Below, in pieces: positions 40,618 to 49,243 of a stretch of 64,000 nt of DNA. Below the pieces are notes generated by a model that ran no database searches, had not been told where the DNA came from, and was given only the letters and a program-made list of their open reading frames with translations. A program made the position numbers and the translations under genes. Within the stretch, counting starts at the first letter, position 1. Every line of letters begins with the position of its first letter. Where the stretch lies: the NCBI GenBank assembly GCA_041556555.1, contig JBFFIE010000005.1:7998-71997 (forward strand). The letters are read 5' to 3'. Source of the DNA: Gammaproteobacteria bacterium (GTDB taxonomy: Bacteria; Pseudomonadota; Gammaproteobacteria; Eutrophobiales; Eutrophobiaceae).

Positions 40618-41729
40618 TCATGTTGCGCTGGGCATTCAAAAGTTTAATTGCTGAACCCCTGAGTTTTTTATTAACTGCATTGGTGGTTGGTGTAGCGTTG
40701 GTACTGGTCATTTTTTTCGAGGCAGTATTTGCCGGGGAATCAGAAAATATTATTGCTTATCCCAAAAATATAAATCCTGATGTATGGGTGATGCAACGGG
40801 GCATATTTAATATGCATATGGCGACGTCATTCATCTGGGACTGGAAGCGGGACCGTGTTTCCGGAATTGAAGGAGTAGAAAAAGTTACTCCAATTCTTTA
40901 TATGAATAGTATCGTTGAAGCAGGGAACAAACGTTGGTTTTCATTTGTAGTCGGTTTAGTAGAAAACGATAAAAGGGCAGGTCCCTGGAAAATGGCCAGT
41001 GGAAAACCTTATCCGGATGATGGGGAGGCTGTCATACCGAAAATCCTTGCAGATAAGACCGGACTAAAACTGGGTGATGTTGTTCGTATTGCCAATGAAA
41101 CATTTAAAGTAGTGGGACTCAGTGAAGATACATTTTCAATGGCAAATTCCATTGCCTTTATTACATATTCTGATTTAAGGGAGATCATGTCATTGACAGG
41201 TTCAGACAGCTATCTTTTGGTGGATGCTGTACCTGGAACAGATCCGGCACTGTTAGCTGAACGTATTCGAAACGAAGTGGAGAAGATCAATGCCCTTCCG
41301 TCAAATGAATTTATTAAAAATGACAGGGAGCTGGCCATGCAAATGGGCGTAGAATTAATCGGTATTATGACTATAATCGGTGCCGCTCTTGCTATCTCGC
41401 TTTCCATGTTTATGTTGTATGTTTTTGCAGCCAGGAAACGGCGTGATCTGGCAATCCTCAAGGCTTTGGGTGTTAGTAATGGTGCTGTGTATATTAGCAC
41501 AATATTTCAGGCATCCTGCTTGGCAATCACGGGGCTGGTGATTGCACTTGTGCTTGTTTATGCTGCCATACCACTAACCAATTCTTTTGCACCAGAGATT
41601 ACCTTGCAGATCACCGGTTCTTCATTGCTCAGGCTAAGCTTGGTAACAATTTTAGTCGCTATACTGGCCTCACTAATACCAGTACGTCAGGTGATGAAAA
41701 TTGATCCCCTATTGGCATTCCAGCGTTAA
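40614..41729 (+). CDS. ABC transporter permease (MacB/FtsX family) 2
   Basis: DVWVMQ, RRDLAILKALG, IDPLLAF. Confidence 0.85.
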   Translation: MIMLRWAFKSLIAEPLSFLLTALVVGVALVLVIFFEAVFAGESENIIAYPKNINPDVWVMQRGIFNMHMATSFIWDWKRDRVSGIEGVEKVTPILYMNSIVEAGNKRWFSFVVGLVENDKRAGPWKMASGKPYPDDGEAVIPKILADKTGLKLGDVVRIANETFKVVGLSEDTFSMANSIAFITYSDLREIMSLTGSDSYLLVDAVPGTDPALLAERIRNEVEKINALPSNEFIKNDRELAMQMGVELIGIMTIIGAALAISLSMFMLYVFAARKRRDLAILKALGVSNGAVYISTIFQASCLAITGLVIALVLVYAAIPLTNSFAPEITLQITGSSLLRLSLVTILVAILASLIPVRQVMKIDPLLAFQR

Positions 41730-41740
41730 CAGACAATATC

Positions 41741-42613
41741 ATGATAAATCATATTCTCAGGGTTGATCATTTGACTAAGGATTTTGGTAGTGGTAATGCT
41801 AAGGTTCGAGCAGTTGATGATGTATCTTTAACGGTATTACAAGGGGAACTGGTATTAATTATGGGGCCATCCGGTTCCGGTAAGACAACCTTGTTATCCA
41901 TGTGTGGTGGTTTATTGCGTCCCACAGCTGGAAATATTTTTCTGGAACAAATCCAGATTACTGGACTGAATGAAAAACAGTTACCAACAATTCGGGCACA
42001 GAAAGTGGGTTTTATATTCCAGGCATTTAATCTTCTGGATGCCTTGACAGTTGAAGAAAATATTTTATTACCTGCCAGCCTGGTGAAGCAAAACAGATCA
42101 TATGTCAGAAGTCGTGCGCAGGAGTTAATATCTACTCTGGGTCTGAAATCCAGAATACACGCCAAGCCGCAAACCTTGTCAGGCGGGGAAAAACAACGAG
42201 TGGCTATTGCCCGTGCTCTGATTAATTCTCCACCATTAATCCTGGCAGATGAACCGACTGGTAATCTCGATTCTCACAGTGGACAGGAAGTAATGATGAT
42301 TTTGCATGATATTGTCCGTGATCAGGGTTGTTCTGTGGTGATGGTGACACATGATCCACGGGTGGAGGAAATGGCAGACAGAATCCTCTGGCTGGAAGAT
42401 GGCGCACTGCGTGATAGAAAATCTGAAAAACACAACTGGGTTCATGATCCTGTGTGTGGTATGCGAGTGGATGAATGGACAGCCGAAATATTCGAAGAAT
42501 ATGATAATAAGCAATTTGTATTTTGTTCCAATCGATGCCGGGAACGCTTCCGGGAGGACCCATCAAGATACAGTAAACAGGATCCACAAATTTCAAGCGA
42601 TCCCATCTCATGA
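41741..42613 (+). CDS. ABC ATP-binding protein with C-terminal YHS domain
   Basis: [25 protein letters not shown]; C-terminal DPVCGM..FCSNRC..F..DP..Y. Confidence 0.9.
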   Translation: MINHILRVDHLTKDFGSGNAKVRAVDDVSLTVLQGELVLIMGPSGSGKTTLLSMCGGLLRPTAGNIFLEQIQITGLNEKQLPTIRAQKVGFIFQAFNLLDALTVEENILLPASLVKQNRSYVRSRAQELISTLGLKSRIHAKPQTLSGGEKQRVAIARALINSPPLILADEPTGNLDSHSGQEVMMILHDIVRDQGCSVVMVTHDPRVEEMADRILWLEDGALRDRKSEKHNWVHDPVCGMRVDEWTAEIFEEYDNKQFVFCSNRCRERFREDPSRYSKQDPQISSDPIS

Positions 42614-43305
42614 TATCATTACAATACGTCTGGTTAATATGGTCGCTGGCATTTCTTGTACCGTGGTTATTATTGTATTTATTCTTTCCGGCGCACCGGA
42701 AAGCCATGTTGTGGGCAAGCCTGTTCACCATGCCATTTGGCCTGACGGAACCCCTGTTTGTTCCTGAATACTGGGCACCTCCAAGCCTGTTTGATCTGGC
42801 GCTTACCACCGGCTTTGATATTGAAAGCCTGATTTTCTGTTTTGGAATAGGGGGGGTTGGGGTTGTCCTGTACAATATACTTACCGGTGCCCGTTTTTCA
42901 CAGGTATCAGAAACCTACCGCCGTTCACCTTTGCATAGACACCACAGGCTTGCTATTACTGCCCCCTTTATTACATATCCGATACTTTATTTTTTCCCAT
43001 GGAACCCGATATATCCTGCATTTGTGGCGATGATTGTTGGTACGATAGCCACGATTTTGTGCCGGCCGGATCTCAAAACCAAGACCTGGGTTGGCGGGTT
43101 GTTGTTTCTCGGATATTACTGGATATTTATCTCGGGGCTTGAACTGTTATCGCCCGGCTATGTGGAGCGGGTCTGGAACCTGGAAGCCTTATCAGGAATT
43201 CTATTTTTCGGGATTCCTGTGGAGGAATTTATTTTTGCATTGACTTTCGGGATGTACTGGGCCGGGGTCTATGAGCATTTTACCTGGTCAAAACCCGGAC
43301 ACTAA
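42610..43305 (+). CDS. Lycopene-cyclase-domain membrane protein
   Basis: EPLFVPEYWAPP, WNL..LSG..GIPVEE..F; multiple TM segments. Confidence 0.7.
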   Translation: MISLQYVWLIWSLAFLVPWLLLYLFFPAHRKAMLWASLFTMPFGLTEPLFVPEYWAPPSLFDLALTTGFDIESLIFCFGIGGVGVVLYNILTGARFSQVSETYRRSPLHRHHRLAITAPFITYPILYFFPWNPIYPAFVAMIVGTIATILCRPDLKTKTWVGGLLFLGYYWIFISGLELLSPGYVERVWNLEALSGILFFGIPVEEFIFALTFGMYWAGVYEHFTWSKPGH

Positions 43306-43383
43306 CATAGTTACTCAAATTAATCATCTAAATTATTAATATTTCTAAATCCATCTTTTTATCCATCCCGTTATTTAGCCATT

Positions 43384-43401
43384 AATTGATCTAGATCAAT
43401 T
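43384..43401 (+). promoter_or_regulatory. Perfect palindromic FNR/ANR box
   Basis: AA-TTGAT-CTAG-ATCAA-TT (18-bp palindrome); TATAAA at 43421; upstream of porin gene. Confidence 0.75.
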
Positions 43402-43459
43402 GCATATCCTCTATAGTTAGTATAAATATACTAAGAATGTAACTAAAAGGGGAGATGCC

Positions 43460-44680
43460 ATGAAGTTACCAGCCATTACTTCTTTTTTGTCGTCAGCTTG
43501 TTTCCTTTGTGTCCTCACTATCCCAGTTCAGACTTATGGGGCAGAGGAAGATACCGCTGCCATGAAATCCCGTATTGAGGCACTGGAAAGGGAGCTGTCT
43601 GCAATAAAAGAAAAACTTGAAGAGCAAACCCAGGAAGCTGCCACCAAGGAAGAGTTAGAGGCTGTAAAAGAAGAAGTTGAAGTGGCAAAAGCTGAAAAAG
43701 ATGAGTGGAAATATTACGACTCAAAAGTCCACCTGGCAGGTTATGGCGCGGTTGGATTTGTAAATGATGATCCTGAAAACGATCGTTTTAATCAAGTATC
43801 TTTTAATCCCATCTTCCACTATCAATACAAGAACTTGATTATGCTCGAGGCAGAATTGGAGATAGCGATAGATGGTGACGAAACGGAATTTGGACTCGAG
43901 TATATGACTGTGGACTGGTTTATAAATGACTATATGGCCCTGGTAGCAGGTAAATTTTTAAGCCCTATTGGGCAATTTCGACAGAATCTTCATCCAGCGT
44001 GGGTAAATAAACTGCCCTCTGCCCCGTCCGGTTTTGGCCATGAACAGGCTGCCCCGACTGCTGATGTCGGTGTCCAGTTAAGGGGTGGGGTCCCGATCTT
44101 CAGAGGATATGGCAATTATGCAGTTTTCGTCACGAATGGGCCGGAATTGGATGAGGACGGGGGTGAAATCCATGCCGTCCATTCCGAAGGTTCTACCAGT
44201 AATGAGGATGACAATTATCTTTTCGGGGGGCGCATCGGCATTATACCAATACCTAGACTAGAAATTGGTGGCTCTGTTGCGATTGGAGACGTCGCATTGG
44301 AAGGTGAAGATGATCGTGATTATGAGGTATACGGGTTTGATGCCAGCTGGAAATGGCGAGATCTTGATGTCAGGGGTGAATACGTAAAACAGGAGGTTGG
44401 TTCTCTGGCAACCAGTGTGGCACCGGAGAAACAGGATTGGGAAGCCTGGTATGCACAAGCTTCTCACAGTATATTATCAACTAATTTCGAGGCCGTAGTA
44501 CGTTATTCAGATTACACATCGACTCACGCTAGTGTGGAGCAGGAGCAATGGGCACTAGGTCTCAATTATCTTTTTGCACCTCACGCAATAGCTAAATTCT
44601 CATATGAATTTAATGATGGGGCAGAAGGTGAGCCTAGCAATGATGATCTTGTATTTTTACAATTTGCATACGGATTTTAA
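43460..44680 (+). CDS. Outer-membrane beta-barrel (porin-like) with N-terminal coiled coil
   Basis: Signal peptide, coiled coil, amphipathic strands, C-terminal QFAYGF. Confidence 0.8.
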   Translation: MKLPAITSFLSSACFLCVLTIPVQTYGAEEDTAAMKSRIEALERELSAIKEKLEEQTQEAATKEELEAVKEEVEVAKAEKDEWKYYDSKVHLAGYGAVGFVNDDPENDRFNQVSFNPIFHYQYKNLIMLEAELEIAIDGDETEFGLEYMTVDWFINDYMALVAGKFLSPIGQFRQNLHPAWVNKLPSAPSGFGHEQAAPTADVGVQLRGGVPIFRGYGNYAVFVTNGPELDEDGGEIHAVHSEGSTSNEDDNYLFGGRIGIIPIPRLEIGGSVAIGDVALEGEDDRDYEVYGFDASWKWRDLDVRGEYVKQEVGSLATSVAPEKQDWEAWYAQASHSILSTNFEAVVRYSDYTSTHASVEQEQWALGLNYLFAPHAIAKFSYEFNDGAEGEPSNDDLVFLQFAYGF

Positions 44681-44691
44681 AGGGGCATACG

Positions 44692-44997
44692 ATGATGAAT
44701 CATATATATAAAGTTATTTTGTATGTATTTAGCCTATTATTAGTTTTTTCGTCACCCATGTCTGCGTTTGCAGCAGATGATCTCGATAGCGCAACATTCG
44801 CACGAGGTGCACAGCAATGGGCAAATAATTGTGATCGTTGTCATAATATGCGTGATCCCAGAGAGTTCCGTGATGACCTTTGGGAACCAATCGTTGCCCA
44901 CATGCGAATCAGGGGAGGATTAACCGGGCAACAGGCACGTGACATTCTCTATTTCCTGCAGTCATCGAATTATAGTGCGTCTGCGCAATCTAAGTGA
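44692..44997 (+). CDS. Small monoheme c-type cytochrome
   Basis: Signal peptide, CDRCH heme motif, HM candidate distal ligand. Confidence 0.85.
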   Translation: MMNHIYKVILYVFSLLLVFSSPMSAFAADDLDSATFARGAQQWANNCDRCHNMRDPREFRDDLWEPIVAHMRIRGGLTGQQARDILYFLQSSNYSASAQSK

Positions 44998-45035
44998 AAT
45001 AGTCTGATTGGGGTGCATAACGTAATATTCTTTTT

Positions 45036-45062
45036 GCCAGATATCCGTCCTGGATATCTGGC
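45036..45062 (+). terminator. Hairpin after cytochrome c
   Basis: GCCAGATATCC-GTCCT-GGATATCTGGC then TTGTTATTT. Confidence 0.7.
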
Positions 45063-45101
45063 TTGTTATTTCATGGATATTACCGGGATTTATAATAGAA
45101 T

Positions 45102-45356
45102 TTGAATTCTATATTTAATTTCTTATTGTCGGTAAGTTTTGTTAATTTCATTTTGATATTTTCTGCATCAATCCTTGCGGCAGATATGAGTGAAGGCGAA
45201 ATGGCGGGCATTATCCGGTCATCAGATCATCCCTGTCACAAGGTCCTGGATTTAATGGATACGGGCGATAATTCCTGGACTGTTCAGTGTAATTCCGGGA
45301 CGTTTATTGTGAAGCGGGATGCAGAGGGGCAATACACCGTCGAACCGGTCGAGTAA
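45102..45356 (+). CDS. Small exported hypothetical protein with two Cys
   Basis: Signal peptide; IRSSDHPC...WTVQCNSG; start uncertain. Confidence 0.55.
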   Translation: MNSIFNFLLSVSFVNFILIFSASILAADMSEGEMAGIIRSSDHPCHKVLDLMDTGDNSWTVQCNSGTFIVKRDAEGQYTVEPVE

Positions 45357-45405
45357 CTTATCAATTCTATAAAGAATAAATCAATAAGAAGCCTGTTGTC
45401 CGAAC

Positions 45406-46077
45406 TTATTTAATTTGATGGATAAATTCCTGGATCTTGCTGGGATCCATCATTGTGGTCCAGCTTTTGGCACCTGCCTTGATTGAATTGGCTTCCCAAT
45501 CCTTGAGGCGCCTGCGATAAACCTCAGGATTGGAACTGTCGGCAGTTAGCTTGATGATATTCATAGCCGCAATGTCAATCCCGCTGAATTCACCCTCGCC
45601 GAATTTCCGCACAACGCCCTTAGGCAGGTCTTCTTGCATGTCACTGAAGATGAACATTACCTGGGTGCCGGCCTTGGTTTCTTTCAAGTAGTCGGAACAG
45701 AGCATCATGGCGCCACTGATATCGGTGTGCCTGGACTCCGTCAAGTTACCTGCAAATTCATCGAGAGTTGAAGAAAATGCCAGCTTCTGAGCGTTGGATT
45801 CTGATGGCTTATAATCCAGCACCAGTTTCTTCTGCAGGTTTTCTTCCGAATAACTGTTACTGTCTATAGTAATCAGAAAGATACTGTCACCGGGTATCAT
45901 CTCCGGCAGGATCCCTGCCTTGATTATTCGGGCGACACTGTGCTTTTCCTGGGCGTAGGTGCCGGAGACATCGGCCAGTGTACAGTAGGCTGTTTCATAG
46001 GCGTCATTGTCTGTACAACCCACAGCGCTAAATCCAAAAACGATCAAAATCAAAAGGTGCTTAGTCAGGTATTTCAT
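45406..46077 (-). CDS. VWA-domain lipoprotein
   Basis: Lipobox AVGC; MIDAS-like DVSGT, TDISGA, IFSDM. Confidence 0.75.
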   Translation of the reverse strand: MKYLTKHLLILIVFGFSAVGCTDNDAYETAYCTLADVSGTYAQEKHSVARIIKAGILPEMIPGDSIFLITIDSNSYSEENLQKKLVLDYKPSESNAQKLAFSSTLDEFAGNLTESRHTDISGAMMLCSDYLKETKAGTQVMFIFSDMQEDLPKGVVRKFGEGEFSGIDIAAMNIIKLTADSSNPEVYRRRLKDWEANSIKAGAKSWTTMMDPSKIQEFIHQIK

Positions 46078-46082
46078 GATTA

Positions 46083-47483
46083 TTATGTCCTGGCTTGCAT
46101 GTTTCCAATCAGGTTTGCTATCTGTGACGGGATAATGATGTAGGCGTCAAAAAGATGCGACAAGAGGTTAAACACGGCTTCAATAATATATGCGAAAGCA
46201 TCGCTGATATGGCCCAGCAGGTTCATTATTAATATGAGAATCCGGGTAAAGGCATGTTGGCTGGCCTCGATGAACATCTCCAGGGGTACAGCAACCATGG
46301 CCAGGATCCAGGGCAGCACAAAACCCAGTGTTGCCTGACCGATTACAGTGATTCGTGAGCTGGTTTCATTCAATATCACCCCGGCTGTTTCACCTGCCAG
46401 ACTGCGGTCCAGAGCAGCATCTGCTTCTGCCAGTGCTTCACGTAATATAGCCAGAGAAGCTTCAACAGAAGCCAGGAATAAAAGACCGAATAAAGAGGCA
46501 TACAAAAGTATTTTGCGTTTACTCCGCATCATGCCGGCAATCTGTGGGAAGATGTTGGTGATGCCCAGTGATTCCATCAGGAAAATTCCTAACACGATTT
46601 CAAGCGTCACGATTACCATTGCCGAGATCTCTGACACCATCATGCCGCCGATACGAGTGCCGGCGGGAACCAGTTCAGACATGGGCAATGCAATCAGCTG
46701 GAAGTTGATAATGGCGCCAAAAAAAGCAACGCCAAGAACAAACAGTGAAAAGATAAACAACTTGGTCATCTTGCTTGAAAGCATATCAATGGACTCTGGT
46801 CCACCGGCTGCGATCTTTTCAAACTGGGTCATGTACTTGTCAATACGTCCGCTGGTTTCCAGTACCGATCCCACCTTTTTATTTATATCATGACTGAGTT
46901 TTTCAAGCCGACGCCACACGGGTGCCATTGATGCCAGGATTTTATGCCGTTTTGCGGCCGTCTCCCTGAATTCCGACAGTGCTTTTTTCTCTCCGGCAAC
47001 GGCTGATTTATGAATTTCACCCAGCATCTTTTCGATGATTCGATCGCCGTTTGAGGTTTGCGCACGAGCGATGGTTTCGACGACTTCACTCCAGCCCGGT
47101 GCTTCCGGCGTTACCTGCCCACATTCCTTGTAGTCAGCTTCTATGTGTGTAATGTTGTCATCCAGTTTCAGTTGCAGTTTTGGGTAGTCTGAAAGGTGTT
47201 TGGCATACCCGGCTTCCACTGAGCGGAATTCCTGCATGATTTTTTCCTGGGCACTGGCGACACCGGATTCCAGCAGAACCTTGCGATCTTTTTCGCGCAT
47301 GGCTTCTGCAACGGATTTTGCCCAGAGTGCAGTTTTCCTCAGGCCTCCCGCAGTACCGGTCATCAGGCCTTCTATGGCCTTGTGCATGGGTACCCGGGCA
47401 AAGTAAAAAAAGACCATGCTGATGACAACCCAGATGGCGATGGAAAGACCGGGCATCGATGGAATTAGGTAAAGACTTTCCAC
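46083..47483 (-). CDS. Hypothetical membrane protein with long helical domain
   Basis: 466-aa ORF, N-terminal TM plus several C-terminal TMs; GTG start after AGAGG; 5 nt from VWA gene. Confidence 0.75.
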   Translation of the reverse strand: MESLYLIPSMPGLSIAIWVVISMVFFYFARVPMHKAIEGLMTGTAGGLRKTALWAKSVAEAMREKDRKVLLESGVASAQEKIMQEFRSVEAGYAKHLSDYPKLQLKLDDNITHIEADYKECGQVTPEAPGWSEVVETIARAQTSNGDRIIEKMLGEIHKSAVAGEKKALSEFRETAAKRHKILASMAPVWRRLEKLSHDINKKVGSVLETSGRIDKYMTQFEKIAAGGPESIDMLSSKMTKLFIFSLFVLGVAFFGAIINFQLIALPMSELVPAGTRIGGMMVSEISAMVIVTLEIVLGIFLMESLGITNIFPQIAGMMRSKRKILLYASLFGLLFLASVEASLAILREALAEADAALDRSLAGETAGVILNETSSRITVIGQATLGFVLPWILAMVAVPLEMFIEASQHAFTRILILIMNLLGHISDAFAYIIEAVFNLLSHLFDAYIIIPSQIANLIGNMQART

Positions 47484-47565
47484 GGCGGCAACCTCTCTTG
47501 TCTATTGAATTTATATAAATTAATCGGTTAGCTCCAGGAGTTTAGTGCATCTGCGAATTAATTAG

Positions 47566-47581
47566 TGTGATGCAAGTAACA
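47566..47581. promoter_or_regulatory. Possible CRP-family site
   Basis: TGTGA-TGCAAG-TAACA, one mismatch to TGTGA-N6-TCACA. Confidence 0.4.
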
Positions 47582-47625
47582 AAGTAACCGGCAAATTGGT
47601 AAATATCTGTAATCTGTCACTCAAT

Positions 47626-47687
47626 ATAAAACCTCCCTCGTGGAGGTTTTATAAGCTGGAGAAGGCGGCCAGCGTCGCTTCCGTATC
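47626..47687 (-). repeat. Degenerate copy of ssrA 3' end plus terminator
   Basis: TGGAGAAGGCGGCCAGCGTCG (47657) vs TGGTGGAGGCGGCCGGAATCG (47734); hairpin ACCTCC..GGAGGT repeated at about 77 bp offset. Confidence 0.65.
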
Positions 47688-47703
47688 ACATTACACAAAC
47701 AAA

Positions 47704-47726
47704 AATACCTCCACAAGGGAGGTATT
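47704..47726 (-). terminator. ssrA terminator
   Basis: AATACCTCC-ACAAG-GGAGGTATT; T-run follows on the minus strand. Confidence 0.8.
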
Positions 47727-47733
47727 ATTGATT

Positions 47734-48091
47734 TGGTGGAGGCGGCCGGAATCGAACCGGCGTCCGCAAGTCTTCCGCCTTTGGCTCTACATGCTTAGCC
47801 GACTCTATTCATTTAACTGCAGGCTACCCGAGCGGCAGGGAAAACCGGCAGCGAGTCCAGTTAAGTTTTAACGAATCCACCCTGAACATGTTTCATCGCG
47901 ATCTTGTGAGAGTCGACCTCTGGAAAGGGTTGCACAAGCACAATCCCAGTCAAAGGCTAGCAGGGTTTAAGCTGCTAGAGCGTAGTTGTCGTCGTTGGCA
48001 ACTATTGTTGTTGCAGCTGTGTTTACGAGGTAATCTGCTCCTCGGCATGCACCTCCGGTTTTGTACCCGCGTCGAAGCCAAGTACGCCCCC
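47734..48091 (-). ncRNA. ssrA: tmRNA
   Basis: 5' GGGGGCG pairs with 3' CGCCTCC-ACCA (G3.U70); T-arm GGTTCGATTCC; tag frame 47999-47967 = ANDDNYALAA*; near smpB. Confidence 0.97.
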
Positions 48092-48318
48092 GAAAGTAAA
48101 ATCCAGCTTTAACCTGTCCCTGATGCCTGAATGTGGCTTACTATCCATGATTCACGTTAGTCAGACCGCTTAAATTCACTAACAGGCAATATGGGTACAA
48201 CTGAATCATTCTTCAAGGATTGTACTTAATTATAAGGCAAAATTCAGGCGGATTTGTTCACTACCGCTGTATGCCCGGCCATAATATCCATATTCCCCTT
48301 GACAAATTACAAATTCGA

Positions 48319-48360
48319 TTGATCCAGGTCAAATTCGTTCCCATTGGTAATTACTATACT
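48319..48360 (+). promoter_or_regulatory. FNR/ANR-like box with class II geometry
   Basis: TTGAT-CCAG-GTCAA (one mismatch); TATACT at 48355, 29.5 bp from box centre. Confidence 0.65.
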
Positions 48361-48402
48361 TAACTCAGGGACATTTCCTGGTTAACCAGAAGGAGTCAGA
48401 AA

Positions 48403-48597
48403 GTGAGTGTGCTTACTATTGTAATCATATTGGCGTTGGTATTGACGATTGTCGTACTGTTTACCGGGCTGGGCTCCATGGGGCATGGTGGTGAGTTCGA
48501 TGAAAAACACGGAACCCAGTTGATGTTTGCCCGTGTGGTGCTACAGGGACTCACGCTTGTGCTGTTACTTGTTGCCCTTTATCTTGCAAACGCATAG
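48403..48597 (+). CDS. Twin transmembrane helix small protein (HIG1-like)
   Basis: LFTGLGSMGHGG...LMFARVVLQG; AGGAG RBS. Confidence 0.8.
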   Translation: MSVLTIVIILALVLTIVVLFTGLGSMGHGGEFDEKHGTQLMFARVVLQGLTLVLLLVALYLANA

Positions 48598-48646
48598 CGC
48601 CTGAAAGGATATACTGGCAGGTAGATAAAGATGCGCATGGCGTAGT

Positions 48647-49123
48647 CTAACTATGTTTAAGGAGACGGCGCTCCTGTCGTTGCCAGTCGCGTTCCTTGAT
48701 GGTCTGGCGTTTGTCATGGGCTTTTTTACCGTGGGCAAGACCAATCTCAAGCTTCACCCGGCCGTGTTTCCAGTACATGGCAGTGGGAATAAGCGCATAG
48801 CCCTTACGCTCAACGGCGCCAATGAGTTTATCCAGTTCCTTGCGATGCATGAGAAGTTTCCGATTGCGTTGCGGATCCGGCTGAATGTGTGTAGAGGCTG
48901 TTGGCAATGGTGTAATCAACGCGCCAAACAGCCAGGCCTCGTTATCTTTCAATAGAATATAGCTTTCACGCAATTGTACCCGGCCAGCCCGGATACTCTT
49001 GACTTCCCAGCCCTCAAGTACCAGACCGGCCTCGAACCTTTCTTCAATGAAGTAATCGAATTTGGCCTTCTTGTTGAGGGCAATGGTGCTGCCAGAATGT
49101 TGTTTATTGCTCTTTGACATCAC
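48647..49123 (-). CDS. smpB: SsrA-binding protein
   Basis: [35 protein letters not shown]. Confidence 0.97.
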   Translation of the reverse strand: MMSKSNKQHSGSTIALNKKAKFDYFIEERFEAGLVLEGWEVKSIRAGRVQLRESYILLKDNEAWLFGALITPLPTASTHIQPDPQRNRKLLMHRKELDKLIGAVERKGYALIPTAMYWKHGRVKLEIGLAHGKKAHDKRQTIKERDWQRQERRLLKHS

Positions 49124-49243
49124 AATGATTCAATTTTCCCAGGACGGATTATAACAGTAGTCAGGTAAGAAATTGGCGTTGTCGAGTTGAGAGAGTATTT
49201 AATTTACCGCAGAATAGCCGCTGGAAATTCAGAGGAACAGATC

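Noticed and set aside
42610-43305. Carotenoid biosynthesis
   Set aside because: No crtB, crtI or crtE in the window
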